Source: Candidatus Woesebacteria bacterium GW2011_GWA1_39_21 (GTDB lineage: Bacteria; Patescibacteriota; Microgenomatia; UBA8517). Taken from it: a stretch of DNA of 64,000 bases. Positions 48,061-57,756 of the stretch are shown piece by piece. Both the position numbers and the translations under genes were made by a program. Numbering within the stretch: the stretch's first letter is position 1; each line of letters starts with the position of its first letter. Location of the stretch: positions 5,356 to 69,355 of the forward strand of contig LBWP01000006.1 of the NCBI GenBank assembly GCA_000993685.1. Reading direction: 5' to 3'. A model generated the notes under the pieces. That model was not told the origin of the DNA. It did no database searches and worked only from the letters and a program-made list of their open reading frames with translations.

Positions 48061-49326
48061 ATGACAAAAATCGCTAAAATCTGGGCGAGAGAAATTTTAG
48101 ACTCTCGAGGAATTCCAACCGTTGAAGCTTTTTGTCAAACCGAGAATGGCTACATTTCAGTATCATCAGTGCCATCCGGAACTTCAACCGGTTCCTCGGA
48201 GGCTTTAGAACTGCGCGACAACGACCCCAAAAGATTTCATGGAAAGGGTGTTTTAAAAGCTGTTGATAACATCAACAGCAAACTTGGCCCTGCTTTTGTT
48301 GGTGATGTTGTTGAAGATCAGGTCTCAATTGATAAAAAACTAATTTCCCTCGACGGCACAAAAAACAAATCTAAATACGGTGCAAACGCTATTCTTGCAG
48401 TATCAATCGCCTGTATCAAAGCGGCAGCAATGTCATCTTCGACACCGCTTTATAAATATGTCAACCAATTAGCAAAAACACTGGGGATAAACGCCAGTAT
48501 GAAAGTTCCAACGCCACTTTTTAATATGATCAATGGCGGACTTCACGGAGCTGGGAATCTCGATTTCCAGGAATTCCATGTTATTCCCGCAACCTCAAAA
48601 AATTTCCACGATGGCCTTCGAATCGGCGCAGAAATATACACAACAATTGGAGTCAATCTCAAACGCCGTGGCGCAATTCATTCAGTCGGCTTTGAAGGTG
48701 GGTATGCTCCTAATCTCTTTACCAATGCAGACGCTTTAGAGATTCTTGTCGAATCAATTCAAGAAAGTCCCTATCAGTTAGGTATTGACGTATTCTTGGG
48801 ACTTGATGTTGCCGCTTCATATTTTTACAAAAACGGTTCTTATACCATCAGGGACAAATCATCATCACTAAAGGACGTTGAGCTTATGGAATATTATAAA
48901 AATATCAACTCGCTTTATCACCTTGCTTTGATTGAAGATTGTTTTTATGAAGAAGCATGGGACAGTTGGCAAAAGGTTTACAACGAATTCGCCGGACAGG
49001 TTTTGATTGTTGGAGACGATCTTCTATCAACCAGTCCCGAACGCGTGCAAAGAGCAATTAAGGAGAAAGCTTGTGACACGATACTTGTCAAACCCAATCA
49101 AATTGGAACTGTTTGCGAAACAATAAACGTCATTAAGTTGGCAAGGTCGGCAAATTGGAAAATTATCGTCTCCCATAGATCTGGTGAAACAAACGACTGG
49201 TTCATTGCAGATTTTGCCGTCGGCGTAGGTTCAGATTATGTTAAATTCGGTGCTCCAGCAAGAGGCGAGAGGGTTGCAAAATACAACCGTCTTCTTGGAA
49301 TTGAAAGCGAATTGACTTCAGCGTAA
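48061..49326 (+). CDS. eno: enolase
   Basis: AKIWAREILDSRGIPTVEA N-terminus; SHRSGETND active-site region. Confidence 0.95.
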   Translation: MTKIAKIWAREILDSRGIPTVEAFCQTENGYISVSSVPSGTSTGSSEALELRDNDPKRFHGKGVLKAVDNINSKLGPAFVGDVVEDQVSIDKKLISLDGTKNKSKYGANAILAVSIACIKAAAMSSSTPLYKYVNQLAKTLGINASMKVPTPLFNMINGGLHGAGNLDFQEFHVIPATSKNFHDGLRIGAEIYTTIGVNLKRRGAIHSVGFEGGYAPNLFTNADALEILVESIQESPYQLGIDVFLGLDVAASYFYKNGSYTIRDKSSSLKDVELMEYYKNINSLYHLALIEDCFYEEAWDSWQKVYNEFAGQVLIVGDDLLSTSPERVQRAIKEKACDTILVKPNQIGTVCETINVIKLARSANWKIIVSHRSGETNDWFIADFAVGVGSDYVKFGAPARGERVAKYNRLLGIESELTSA

Positions 49327-49329
49327 TCT

Positions 49330-49968
49330 ATGAACCTGAAATTTGTTTTTGATTTTATTTTTCACCTTGATAAATATCTCCTCACTATCATTGATCAATA
49401 CGGTGTACTGACGCATGTTTTTCTATTTCTTATTATCTTTGTGGAAACCGGGTTTGTTATCACGCCCTTTTTACCCGGCGACTCGATTATTTTTGCAGCC
49501 GGAACCTTTTCTGCACTCGGTTACTTCACGCTCCTTCCGCTTTTTCTAAATTTATTCCTTGCAGCTGTAGCCGGCGATACCGTTAATTATTTTATCGGTA
49601 AGAAGATTGGACCAAAGATCTTCGAAAGAGATTCCCGCTTTATCAAAAAGGAACACCTCCTTCGCACGCGCTTATTTTACGAAAAACACGGCGGAAAAAC
49701 GATCATTTTGGCCCGCTTCATCCCGATTATCAGAACGTTTGCTCCTTTTGTCGCCGGGGTTGGTATCATGAACTATAAAAGATTTGTTTTTTTTAACATC
49801 ATCGGCGCTTTTCTTTGGGTGGGTCTGTTTCTTTCTCTTGGATACTTTTTTGGAAATATTCCCTTTATTAAAAATAATTTTGAAGCCACAATACTCGTCA
49901 TCATTTTGATTTCTATCATTCCAATCTCAATTGAAGTAATAAAGTCAAAAACGGGGAAAAAATCTTAG
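49330..49968 (+). CDS. DedA/SNARE-associated family membrane protein
   Basis: VETGFVITPFLPGDSIIFAAG motif. Confidence 0.8.
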   Translation: MNLKFVFDFIFHLDKYLLTIIDQYGVLTHVFLFLIIFVETGFVITPFLPGDSIIFAAGTFSALGYFTLLPLFLNLFLAAVAGDTVNYFIGKKIGPKIFERDSRFIKKEHLLRTRLFYEKHGGKTIILARFIPIIRTFAPFVAGVGIMNYKRFVFFNIIGAFLWVGLFLSLGYFFGNIPFIKNNFEATILVIILISIIPISIEVIKSKTGKKS

Positions 49969-50588
49969 TTTCTTAGATACTTCCGGATCAAGCCAACAAC
50001 TTTACCTTGTATTCGAACGTTTCTCACAAAAATCGGGCTCATCTTTGAATTGGCCGGCTCCAAACGGATTCTGGTTGTTTCTTTGAAAAAGCGCTTGAGT
50101 GTCGCCATTCCGTTGTCTAAAAGTGCGACAACAATATCACCGTTATTTGCAGTTTCCACTTGTTCAATCACGACATAATCACCATCTCTTATCTGTTCCT
50201 CGATCATTGACTCGCCTTTGACTTGCAGGAGGTAAGTTCGCCTTTGCGTAGAAGCCATGGATGGGGGAATCGACATCGACGCCGACGGATCAGTGTAGGG
50301 TTCGATGGGTGCACCTGCAGCAATATAGCCAAGAATTGGGACTTCAACTCCCTCAGCGGCAGTGGAGGTGTTTTCCTCAACAAGTTTGATCGCTCTTGTT
50401 TTACCGGTTTTGCGCTTGATCAAACCTTTGGCTTCCAAGGTAAGCAAATGTTCGTGGACGGTTGCAAGCGAGGAAACACCCAGCGAGTTGGCAATTTCTT
50501 TCAGTGTCGGAGCAGAACCAGACATTTGAATGTATTGCTTGATGTAATCGAGGATTTGTCTTTGCCGTTTATAAATAATTAGCGCCAT
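49965..50588 (-). CDS. lexA: LexA repressor (winged-helix DNA-binding plus S24 autopeptidase)
   Basis: N-terminal LexA HTH region; VKGESMIEEQIRDGDYVV (Ser nucleophile) and ATLKRF (Lys). Confidence 0.85.
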   Translation of the reverse strand: MALIIYKRQRQILDYIKQYIQMSGSAPTLKEIANSLGVSSLATVHEHLLTLEAKGLIKRKTGKTRAIKLVEENTSTAAEGVEVPILGYIAAGAPIEPYTDPSASMSIPPSMASTQRRTYLLQVKGESMIEEQIRDGDYVVIEQVETANNGDIVVALLDNGMATLKRFFKETTRIRLEPANSKMSPIFVRNVRIQGKVVGLIRKYLRN

Positions 50589-50703
50589 ACAAATAAAATT
50601 GAATGAAACTTATCTTATATAGGTATACTAATATAACCCGAAGTTGTCAAGGGGAATTTATGCTATAGTCGATAAACTCTAGATTGCGACAGTAAGCGAG
50701 AGT

Positions 50704-50738
50704 GTTTGAATATATAATCTCTTACGAATAGTTCAAAC
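50704..50738. promoter_or_regulatory. inverted repeat GTTTGAA-N21-TTCAAAC in the divergent lexA/uvrB control region (operator candidate, speculative)
   Basis: Palindromic arms read directly; not a known LexA box consensus. Confidence 0.15.
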
Positions 50739-50768
50739 TCAAGTAAGAGGAGTATATACTAAAAGTTC

Positions 50769-52823
50769 ATGAACAATTTTAAACTACACTCAACATACAA
50801 ACCCATCGACGATCAGAAGCGGGCAATAGCAAAACTCTGTGATGGAATCAAAAGCGGACGCGATTACCAAGTTTTACTTGGCGTTACCGGCTCCGGTAAA
50901 ACTTTTACTGTTGCCAACGTCATTGAAAAGCTTCAGGTGCCGACGTTGATTATTTCACACAACAAAACTCTAGCCGGCCAGCTTTACCAAGAATTCAGAG
51001 ATTTTTTCCCGGGTAACGCCGTTTCGTATTTTGTCTCTTATTATGATTATTATCAGCCGGAAGCTTACATTCCCTCAACTGACACTTATATCGAAAAAGA
51101 TTCCGATATTAACGACCTGATCGATAAGCTACGGCTTTCGACAACAACCAACTTGTTAACCAGGCCTGACACAATCGTTATTGCCTCGGTTTCCTGCATT
51201 TACAATTTGGGCTCCCCAGTTGAATACCGTAAAACTATTTTCGAATTTACAAAAGGAATGAAAGTGGCGCGCCAACAAATCTTAGACCGATTGGTTTCTC
51301 TTCAATACGAAAGAGGCGACTATGGATTCCACCGCGGCACTTTTCGAGTTAGGGGCAATGTCGTTGACGTCTACCCGTCTTACCAAGATGAAGCCGTAAG
51401 AATTAATATCGAAAATGATTACATATCAGAAATTGAAATCATTAACCCAATTGATGGAACAAAGGTTAATAATAACAGCCCTAATCATAATTTCACACTT
51501 TTCCCGGCAAAACACTACGTAACCGACAGGGCAGGAAACGGAAATATTTTAACAACAATCGAAAAAGATATGCGTGCCCGCGTTAAAATACTTGAGTCTT
51601 CTGGAAAAATCCTCGAAGCTCATCGTCTTAAGCAAAAAGTCTCATACGATTTAGGAATGATTAAAGAGTTGGGATATGTTAAGGGGATTGAAAATTACTC
51701 ACGCTACTTTGATGGAAGAAACGAGGGTGACCCTCCCTACAGTTTAATTGACTATTTTAATATTCCTTATGGCAAGAAATGGCTATTGGTCGTCGACGAA
51801 TCACATATGACTTTCCCTCAAATCAGGGGAATGTATCACGGCGACCTGTCTAGAAAAAAAACACTTATAGACTATGGATTTAGACTGCCTTCTGCACTTG
51901 ATAACAGGCCGTTAAAATTTGAAGAATTTGTAAGACGAATTCCTAATTTTATCGCCACAAGCGCCACCCCTGCAGAGTGGGAAATAACGCAAGCAATCCA
52001 AGCTTCAAACAAACACGGCGGCGCATCAAATGGGATTGTCGAACAACTGATTCGCCCAACCGGCATTCCCGACCCACTGGTCGAAATTAAACCCACAACA
52101 AATCAAGTGTCTGATGTTATGCAAGAAATAGTTAAGGAATCAAAAGCAAAACGCAGAACTTTAGTCACAACACTCACCAAAAAAACGGCAGAGGATTTAA
52201 CCGAGTACCTGAAGGAGAAGGGTCTGGCTGTTCACTATTTGCACTCGGATGTTGACACCCTTGAACGAACCGACATCCTCGACGACTTAAGGCTTGGAAA
52301 ATATGACTGCATCATTGGTGTGAATTTGTTGCGGGAAGGGCTGGATCTTCCTGAAGTAGCACTTGTGGCAATACTTGATGCGGACAAGGAAGGCTTTTTA
52401 CGCAGCGATGTTTCACTTGTGCAGACAATGGGGAGGGCGGCCAGACACGTCAAAGGAAGAGTCATTTTATATGCCGATAAGATTACCAAGTCAATCGAAA
52501 AATCCCTCAATGAAGTGTCAAGACGAAGAGCGCTTCAGGTAACTTATAATAAAAAACACCATATTACGCCAAGGTCAATTAAAAAACCTATCAGAGAAAA
52601 AATCATCACCAAAACTGACGATTCACAAATTGAGAAGTTTCTTGAAATAAGTGCTTCGAAACTTCGTGATTTAGATGAGGCAAGTTTTGATTCGTTAACA
52701 CCGCTTGATAAAAAGAAGCTTGTTAACAAACTTAAAAAAGAGATGAAAATTGCTGCAGAGGATCTTAATTTTGAATTTGCAGCACAAATCAGAGATAAGA
52801 TTAAATTTTTAGAGATAAGTTAA
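50769..52823 (+). CDS. uvrB: excinuclease ABC subunit B
   Basis: GVTGSGKTFTVANVIEK Walker A; helicase motifs; C-terminal UvrB/UvrC interaction coiled coil. Confidence 0.95.
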   Translation: MNNFKLHSTYKPIDDQKRAIAKLCDGIKSGRDYQVLLGVTGSGKTFTVANVIEKLQVPTLIISHNKTLAGQLYQEFRDFFPGNAVSYFVSYYDYYQPEAYIPSTDTYIEKDSDINDLIDKLRLSTTTNLLTRPDTIVIASVSCIYNLGSPVEYRKTIFEFTKGMKVARQQILDRLVSLQYERGDYGFHRGTFRVRGNVVDVYPSYQDEAVRINIENDYISEIEIINPIDGTKVNNNSPNHNFTLFPAKHYVTDRAGNGNILTTIEKDMRARVKILESSGKILEAHRLKQKVSYDLGMIKELGYVKGIENYSRYFDGRNEGDPPYSLIDYFNIPYGKKWLLVVDESHMTFPQIRGMYHGDLSRKKTLIDYGFRLPSALDNRPLKFEEFVRRIPNFIATSATPAEWEITQAIQASNKHGGASNGIVEQLIRPTGIPDPLVEIKPTTNQVSDVMQEIVKESKAKRRTLVTTLTKKTAEDLTEYLKEKGLAVHYLHSDVDTLERTDILDDLRLGKYDCIIGVNLLREGLDLPEVALVAILDADKEGFLRSDVSLVQTMGRAARHVKGRVILYADKITKSIEKSLNEVSRRRALQVTYNKKHHITPRSIKKPIREKIITKTDDSQIEKFLEISASKLRDLDEASFDSLTPLDKKKLVNKLKKEMKIAAEDLNFEFAAQIRDKIKFLEIS

Positions 52824-52960
52824 CGCAAGTTGCTTTTGGGAAACTTTTGTGCTTACGCTACTGACGTTCAGCCTTGTATGCTAAAATACCTCAGCTACCG
52901 GTTTTTCGGCAGGTGTTTTGCGTGGAAGATAATTATAAATTTCCTGTTAATCAAATTGAT

Positions 52961-55885
52961 ATGGATACACAATTTATAAAAGTTAGAGGTGCACAACAGC
53001 ACAATTTAAAGAATGTTGACATGGACATTCCCAAAAACAAACTCGTGGTCTTTACCGGCGTTTCAGGTAGTGGAAAAAGTTCAATGGCCTTCGATACAAT
53101 TTACGCCGAGGGTCAAAGACGGTACGTCGAAAGCCTTTCAACTTACGCCAGACAATTTCTGGGGGTTTTGGAAAAGCCCGACGTTGAATTAATTGAAGGC
53201 CTTTCTCCAGCAATTTCAATTGACCAGAAAACGACATCGAGGAACCCGCGCTCGACGGTAGGAACCGTGACGGAAATCTACGATTATTTGCGGCTTTTGT
53301 ACGCTAGGGTCGGTCATCCACATTGTCCGATCTGCAAAACCGAAATCAAAAAACAATCGCTTGATGAGATTGTCGAGTCAGCACTGAATTTACTCTCAAA
53401 GCTTGTTGCAAATAAAAAGATCCTCAAGTTTCTTATTCTCTCGCCGGTGGTTCTCGACAAAAAAGGTGAGTTTTCCAATCTTTTCGACAACTTACGCTCG
53501 AAAGGCTATCGGCAAGTGCGGGTAGACGGCGTTGTCAAAGACACGGATGAGGATTTTTTTCTTATCAAAACAAATAAACATACGATTTCTGCTGTCATCG
53601 ACCGTGTCTCGGTCGAAAAAAAATCGCTCGGCGACAGAGTATATTTAACGAACTTAAAATCGCGCCTTTCCGACTCAATTGATCAAGCATTAAAACTTTC
53701 CGATGGGTTGGTAATTCTCTCGGAAGTTTTAGACCAATCGTTTGAAATCCCCCGATTTCCAAAAAACTTCAGCGATCATATTTTTTCTGAACGTTTTTCG
53801 TGTCCAAAAGATAACATTCAGATACCAGAAATTGAACCGCGGTCATTTTCTTTTAACGCACCGCAGGGGGCTTGTAAGCGCTGTTTTGGTATCGGAATTA
53901 TTTCGAAAATCGATCCTGATAAAATTTTCTCCTATGACTTGAGTATTATCGAAGGGGGAATCCTACCTTTTTCCAATATGTTTGAGAGCGATACTTGGTA
54001 TTCACGTTTATTTTTGCAAATGTGTTCCGAGAACAAGATCGACTATCGCGCGGATTTAAAAATTCTGGATAAAGGTCAGATCGGGATTATCTTAAACGGA
54101 AGCGGTAATCGCGAATATCGAGTCTCCGGGACTAACAGATTTGGAAAGGACACCTTCATTTACGAAAAATTTGACGGTGTTATCCCCGAGTTGGAAAAAA
54201 GACACCGCGAAACTGAGTCGGACTGGGTACGGTCGGAAATTGAAAAGTACATGGTCAATATCACTTGCCCCGACTGCGGCGGCGCACGGTTAAACAAGGA
54301 ATCGCTTTCTGTTTCCGTTGACGGTCTTTCAATATCGCAGTTTACAGATTTGACAATTGAAAAATCGTATCTTATTGCAAAAGAGCTTTCAAAAGCACAT
54401 TCGTCATTAACGCAAAAGGAAAAGGAAATTTCCAAATTAATTTTAAATGAAATTGAAAAAAGAATGGAGTTTCTGATTTCGGTGGGGTTAAACTATCTCA
54501 CACTATCACGCCCGGCGGGTACATTGTCCGGCGGTGAAGCGCAAAGAATTCGACTTGCAAGTCAAATCGGGTCAGGCTTAACAGGGGTTTTATATGTTTT
54601 GGACGAGCCGACAATTGGCTTGCACCAGAAAGATAATCAGATGCTCATCGATACCCTAAAAAAATTGCGTGACTTGGGGAACTCCGTAATTGTCGTCGAA
54701 CACGACGCAAAGATGATGAAGAACTCAGATTATATTTTTGACTTTGGTCCGGGAGCCGGTAAGCTCGGTGGAGAAATCATTGCAAGGGGAAACTTCGATG
54801 AAATCTGCAAAGATAAAGGGTCAATTACGGGAAGGTATCTCTCCGGCGAGAAAAAAATTCAAACAACTGCCGCCTATACTCCTGAGCTATTAAACACCAG
54901 AAGAAACATTACCCTCTACGGTTGCCATTTATATAATTTGAAAAATATTGACGTTACCTTCCCGCTAAACAAATTTGTCGTAATCACAGGCGTATCCGGA
55001 AGCGGCAAATCAACACTTTTGGTCGAAAGTCTTTATCCGGCGCTTTTAAACCACATCCGTAGCGAAAATAGAAACATGCAAAATATTTATAAAGGCTGCG
55101 ATGGTTGGGAAAATATCGATAGGGTGATTTTGATTGACCAAAGCCCAATCGGAAAGACACCAAGAAGCAACCCGGCAACATATACCAAAGTTTTTGATGA
55201 AATCAGGGATGTCTTTGCTTCAACGCGCGACGCAAAAGTAAACGGTTATAAGAAAGGCAGATTTTCCTTTAATGTCAAAGACGGAAGGTGCGAGGCGTGC
55301 GAAGGGCAGGGCCAGATCAAAATCGAAATGCAGTTTATGAGTGATATTTGGGTGAAATGCGAAGTTTGTCAGGGGAAGCGTTATAATGCACAGACATTAG
55401 ATGTTAACTTCCGTGGAAAAAACATTTACGAGATTCTTTGCATGAGTGTGGATGAAGCAGTAGACTTTTTCCACAACAACGCTAAAATTCTAAAAAAACT
55501 CGAGACGCTCTCTTCAGTTGGATTGGGCTATATCGAGTTGGGCCAAAGCGCTGTTACCCTGTCTGGCGGAGAATCACAACGCGTAAAACTGGCATTTGAA
55601 CTTGGCAAAAAAGACACCGGAAAAACCACCTATATTTTAGACGAGCCAACAACGGGACTTCATTTTTCCGACGTTGAGAAGTTATTGGCGGTTCTTAGGT
55701 TACTTGTAATGCGCGGAAACAGCGTTTTTGTTATTGAACACAATCTTGACGTTATAAAATTCGCAGACTGGATCATTGATTTAGGCCCAGACGGCGGGGA
55801 ACGCGGTGGCGAGATTGTTGCTCAAGGTACTCCCGAAATGTTAAAAAACAACAAAAAATCCTACACTGGTCAATATCTTAAGTAA
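52961..55885 (+). CDS. uvrA: excinuclease ABC subunit A
   Basis: MDTQFIKVRGAQQHNLKNVD canonical N-terminus. I use the ATG at 52961 rather than the track start at 52874. Two ABC modules and zinc-finger Cys clusters. Confidence 0.93.
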   Translation: MDTQFIKVRGAQQHNLKNVDMDIPKNKLVVFTGVSGSGKSSMAFDTIYAEGQRRYVESLSTYARQFLGVLEKPDVELIEGLSPAISIDQKTTSRNPRSTVGTVTEIYDYLRLLYARVGHPHCPICKTEIKKQSLDEIVESALNLLSKLVANKKILKFLILSPVVLDKKGEFSNLFDNLRSKGYRQVRVDGVVKDTDEDFFLIKTNKHTISAVIDRVSVEKKSLGDRVYLTNLKSRLSDSIDQALKLSDGLVILSEVLDQSFEIPRFPKNFSDHIFSERFSCPKDNIQIPEIEPRSFSFNAPQGACKRCFGIGIISKIDPDKIFSYDLSIIEGGILPFSNMFESDTWYSRLFLQMCSENKIDYRADLKILDKGQIGIILNGSGNREYRVSGTNRFGKDTFIYEKFDGVIPELEKRHRETESDWVRSEIEKYMVNITCPDCGGARLNKESLSVSVDGLSISQFTDLTIEKSYLIAKELSKAHSSLTQKEKEISKLILNEIEKRMEFLISVGLNYLTLSRPAGTLSGGEAQRIRLASQIGSGLTGVLYVLDEPTIGLHQKDNQMLIDTLKKLRDLGNSVIVVEHDAKMMKNSDYIFDFGPGAGKLGGEIIARGNFDEICKDKGSITGRYLSGEKKIQTTAAYTPELLNTRRNITLYGCHLYNLKNIDVTFPLNKFVVITGVSGSGKSTLLVESLYPALLNHIRSENRNMQNIYKGCDGWENIDRVILIDQSPIGKTPRSNPATYTKVFDEIRDVFASTRDAKVNGYKKGRFSFNVKDGRCEACEGQGQIKIEMQFMSDIWVKCEVCQGKRYNAQTLDVNFRGKNIYEILCMSVDEAVDFFHNNAKILKKLETLSSVGLGYIELGQSAVTLSGGESQRVKLAFELGKKDTGKTTYILDEPTTGLHFSDVEKLLAVLRLLVMRGNSVFVIEHNLDVIKFADWIIDLGPDGGERGGEIVAQGTPEMLKNNKKSYTGQYLK

Positions 55886-55953
55886 GCCTTTCGTCAACCC
55901 ATCTGATATTATCAAAGTAGAAGCGTCAAATATAAAATTTATTACAACAATTT

Positions 55954-57756
55954 ATGAAGGTCTTGAGATATCTACTTTTCCAGATAATTTTCATTTTCCT
56001 TTTTTTCAGCTTTACCTCCGCTGACGCAAATTTTGACGTCAAACTTGATAACAACTATCTTTTCGATAGAGCTGGAATTGTTTCCGTCACCGAGAAAATT
56101 AGTGTTAAAAACAAAACAACGGAAAAATACCTGCCATCTTTTGAATACAAAATCCAAAACGTCGATATAAAAAATCTTGACGTATCAGAAAACGGCAGAG
56201 CTATTCCACACAATATCTCAAAAAGAGAAAACGAAACGACCATTAAAATCAACTTTGGCGATAAAGTTTTGGGTAACGGTAAACGTAGAGATTTCCAAAT
56301 TAACTATACGATCGACAACATCGCCGAAAAAACCGGAGACGTCTGGGAAATTTCTATTCCAAAAATTGAAGATGTCGCAAGTTACAGCGAGATACTAACA
56401 AAAATTAGCGTTCCAGAAGATTTTGGGGCTGAGGCATATTTTTCACCTTCCTATATCAGAAAATCGCATGAGGGTGACAGTGTTGTTTATGAATTTGACA
56501 AAAACGCCGTTTCCGAATCAAGAATTGTTGCCGCATTTGGGCAATACCAGGTTTTCGATTACTCAATCAATTACAATTTGAAAAATACTTCGGCAGCCAG
56601 TAAGCGCGAGGTAGTAGCGCTTCCTCCCGACACGTCATACCAACGCATTTTTTATAAAAATCTTGAGCCGAAACCTAAAAACATAAGCGTCGATGAGGAT
56701 GGAAATTGGATTGCACAATACGAAATCCCTGCAAATTCGGAAGTAAAAGTTAACGTCGGCGGATTTGTACAGATATTTTCTTACCCGCGAAAATATTTAT
56801 CTCCTGGCGTTATGAATTTATACAGCAATATCAAAGAAACAAATTATTGGCAAGTTTCCGATAATAGAATCCAAGAGCTTTCCAAAAGCCTACAAACACC
56901 TGAGAAAGTATATAATTTTGTTGTTGGAAATCTCAAATACGATTTCAGCTTGACAGCCAAAGATCGTCTTGGTGCAGTCGAGGCGGTTACAACAACAGAT
57001 GCCGTAACCTGCAGAGAATTTACCGATCTGACGATTGCGCTTCTGCGCGCATCAGGAATTCCCTCCCGCGAAGTGATCGGCTACTCGCAAAGTGATAATC
57101 CGTCGGTAAAATCAATCAGCTTTTTCAACGACGTACTTCACTCTTGGGTCGAGTATTGGGATAATGATAAAAAATTGTGGATATCAATCGATCCAACTTG
57201 GGGAGCAACCTCAAAGTCTGATTATTTCAATAAATTTGATCTCCGACATTTTGCTTTCGCAATCCATGGGCAAAGTGACAGCCTACCATATCCCCCAGGG
57301 TCTTTTACCGACAATCGCAATAGCAAAGACATTTCGGTCAATGTCGGCAACATTGAAAACATTATAGAAAAACCGATCAAGGTCGAATACAAAACAGAAA
57401 TATTCTTTGTCCTAACAAGGCAAATGAATATCACATTAAAAAATGAAAACCCATTTGCCCTTTATGATAAAAGAATCGATTACATTTCTGATAACAAAAT
57501 ATATGCACAAGACAATGTGCAAATCATTCCGCCTTTTTCAACAATCAACAGATCGGTTTACTCCAAATTTTCACTTCTCGGACGAGACACTCCCGACAAA
57601 TATGCTGTAGTCATCAATGGAGCAAGAAAAGAAATCGAGGGTACAAAACTGACAGACATGTATTCACAGTTAATCATTGTCTTTTTAATCATCGCTTCGG
57701 TAATTGTGTTTCTATTAATTAGGGTTAGAATTCCCAAATCAAAAAAATATGATTAA
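55954..57756 (+). CDS. secreted/membrane-anchored transglutaminase-like cysteine protease domain protein
   Basis: Signal peptide; TG core Cys (TCREFTDLTIALLRASGIPSREVIGY), His (HSWVEYWD) and Asp; C-terminal TM helix. Confidence 0.7.
   Translation: MKVLRYLLFQIIFIFLFFSFTSADANFDVKLDNNYLFDRAGIVSVTEKISVKNKTTEKYLPSFEYKIQNVDIKNLDVSENGRAIPHNISKRENETTIKINFGDKVLGNGKRRDFQINYTIDNIAEKTGDVWEISIPKIEDVASYSEILTKISVPEDFGAEAYFSPSYIRKSHEGDSVVYEFDKNAVSESRIVAAFGQYQVFDYSINYNLKNTSAASKREVVALPPDTSYQRIFYKNLEPKPKNISVDEDGNWIAQYEIPANSEVKVNVGGFVQIFSYPRKYLSPGVMNLYSNIKETNYWQVSDNRIQELSKSLQTPEKVYNFVVGNLKYDFSLTAKDRLGAVEAVTTTDAVTCREFTDLTIALLRASGIPSREVIGYSQSDNPSVKSISFFNDVLHSWVEYWDNDKKLWISIDPTWGATSKSDYFNKFDLRHFAFAIHGQSDSLPYPPGSFTDNRNSKDISVNVGNIENIIEKPIKVEYKTEIFFVLTRQMNITLKNENPFALYDKRIDYISDNKIYAQDNVQIIPPFSTINRSVYSKFSLLGRDTPDKYAVVINGARKEIEGTKLTDMYSQLIIVFLIIASVIVFLLIRVRIPKSKKYD

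Noticed and set aside
52874-52960. Upstream extension of uvrA (track start 52874).
   Set aside because: The canonical UvrA N-terminus (M-x-x-x-I-K-V-R-G-A-x-x-H-N-L-K) begins at the ATG at 52961. The extension has no homologous counterpart.
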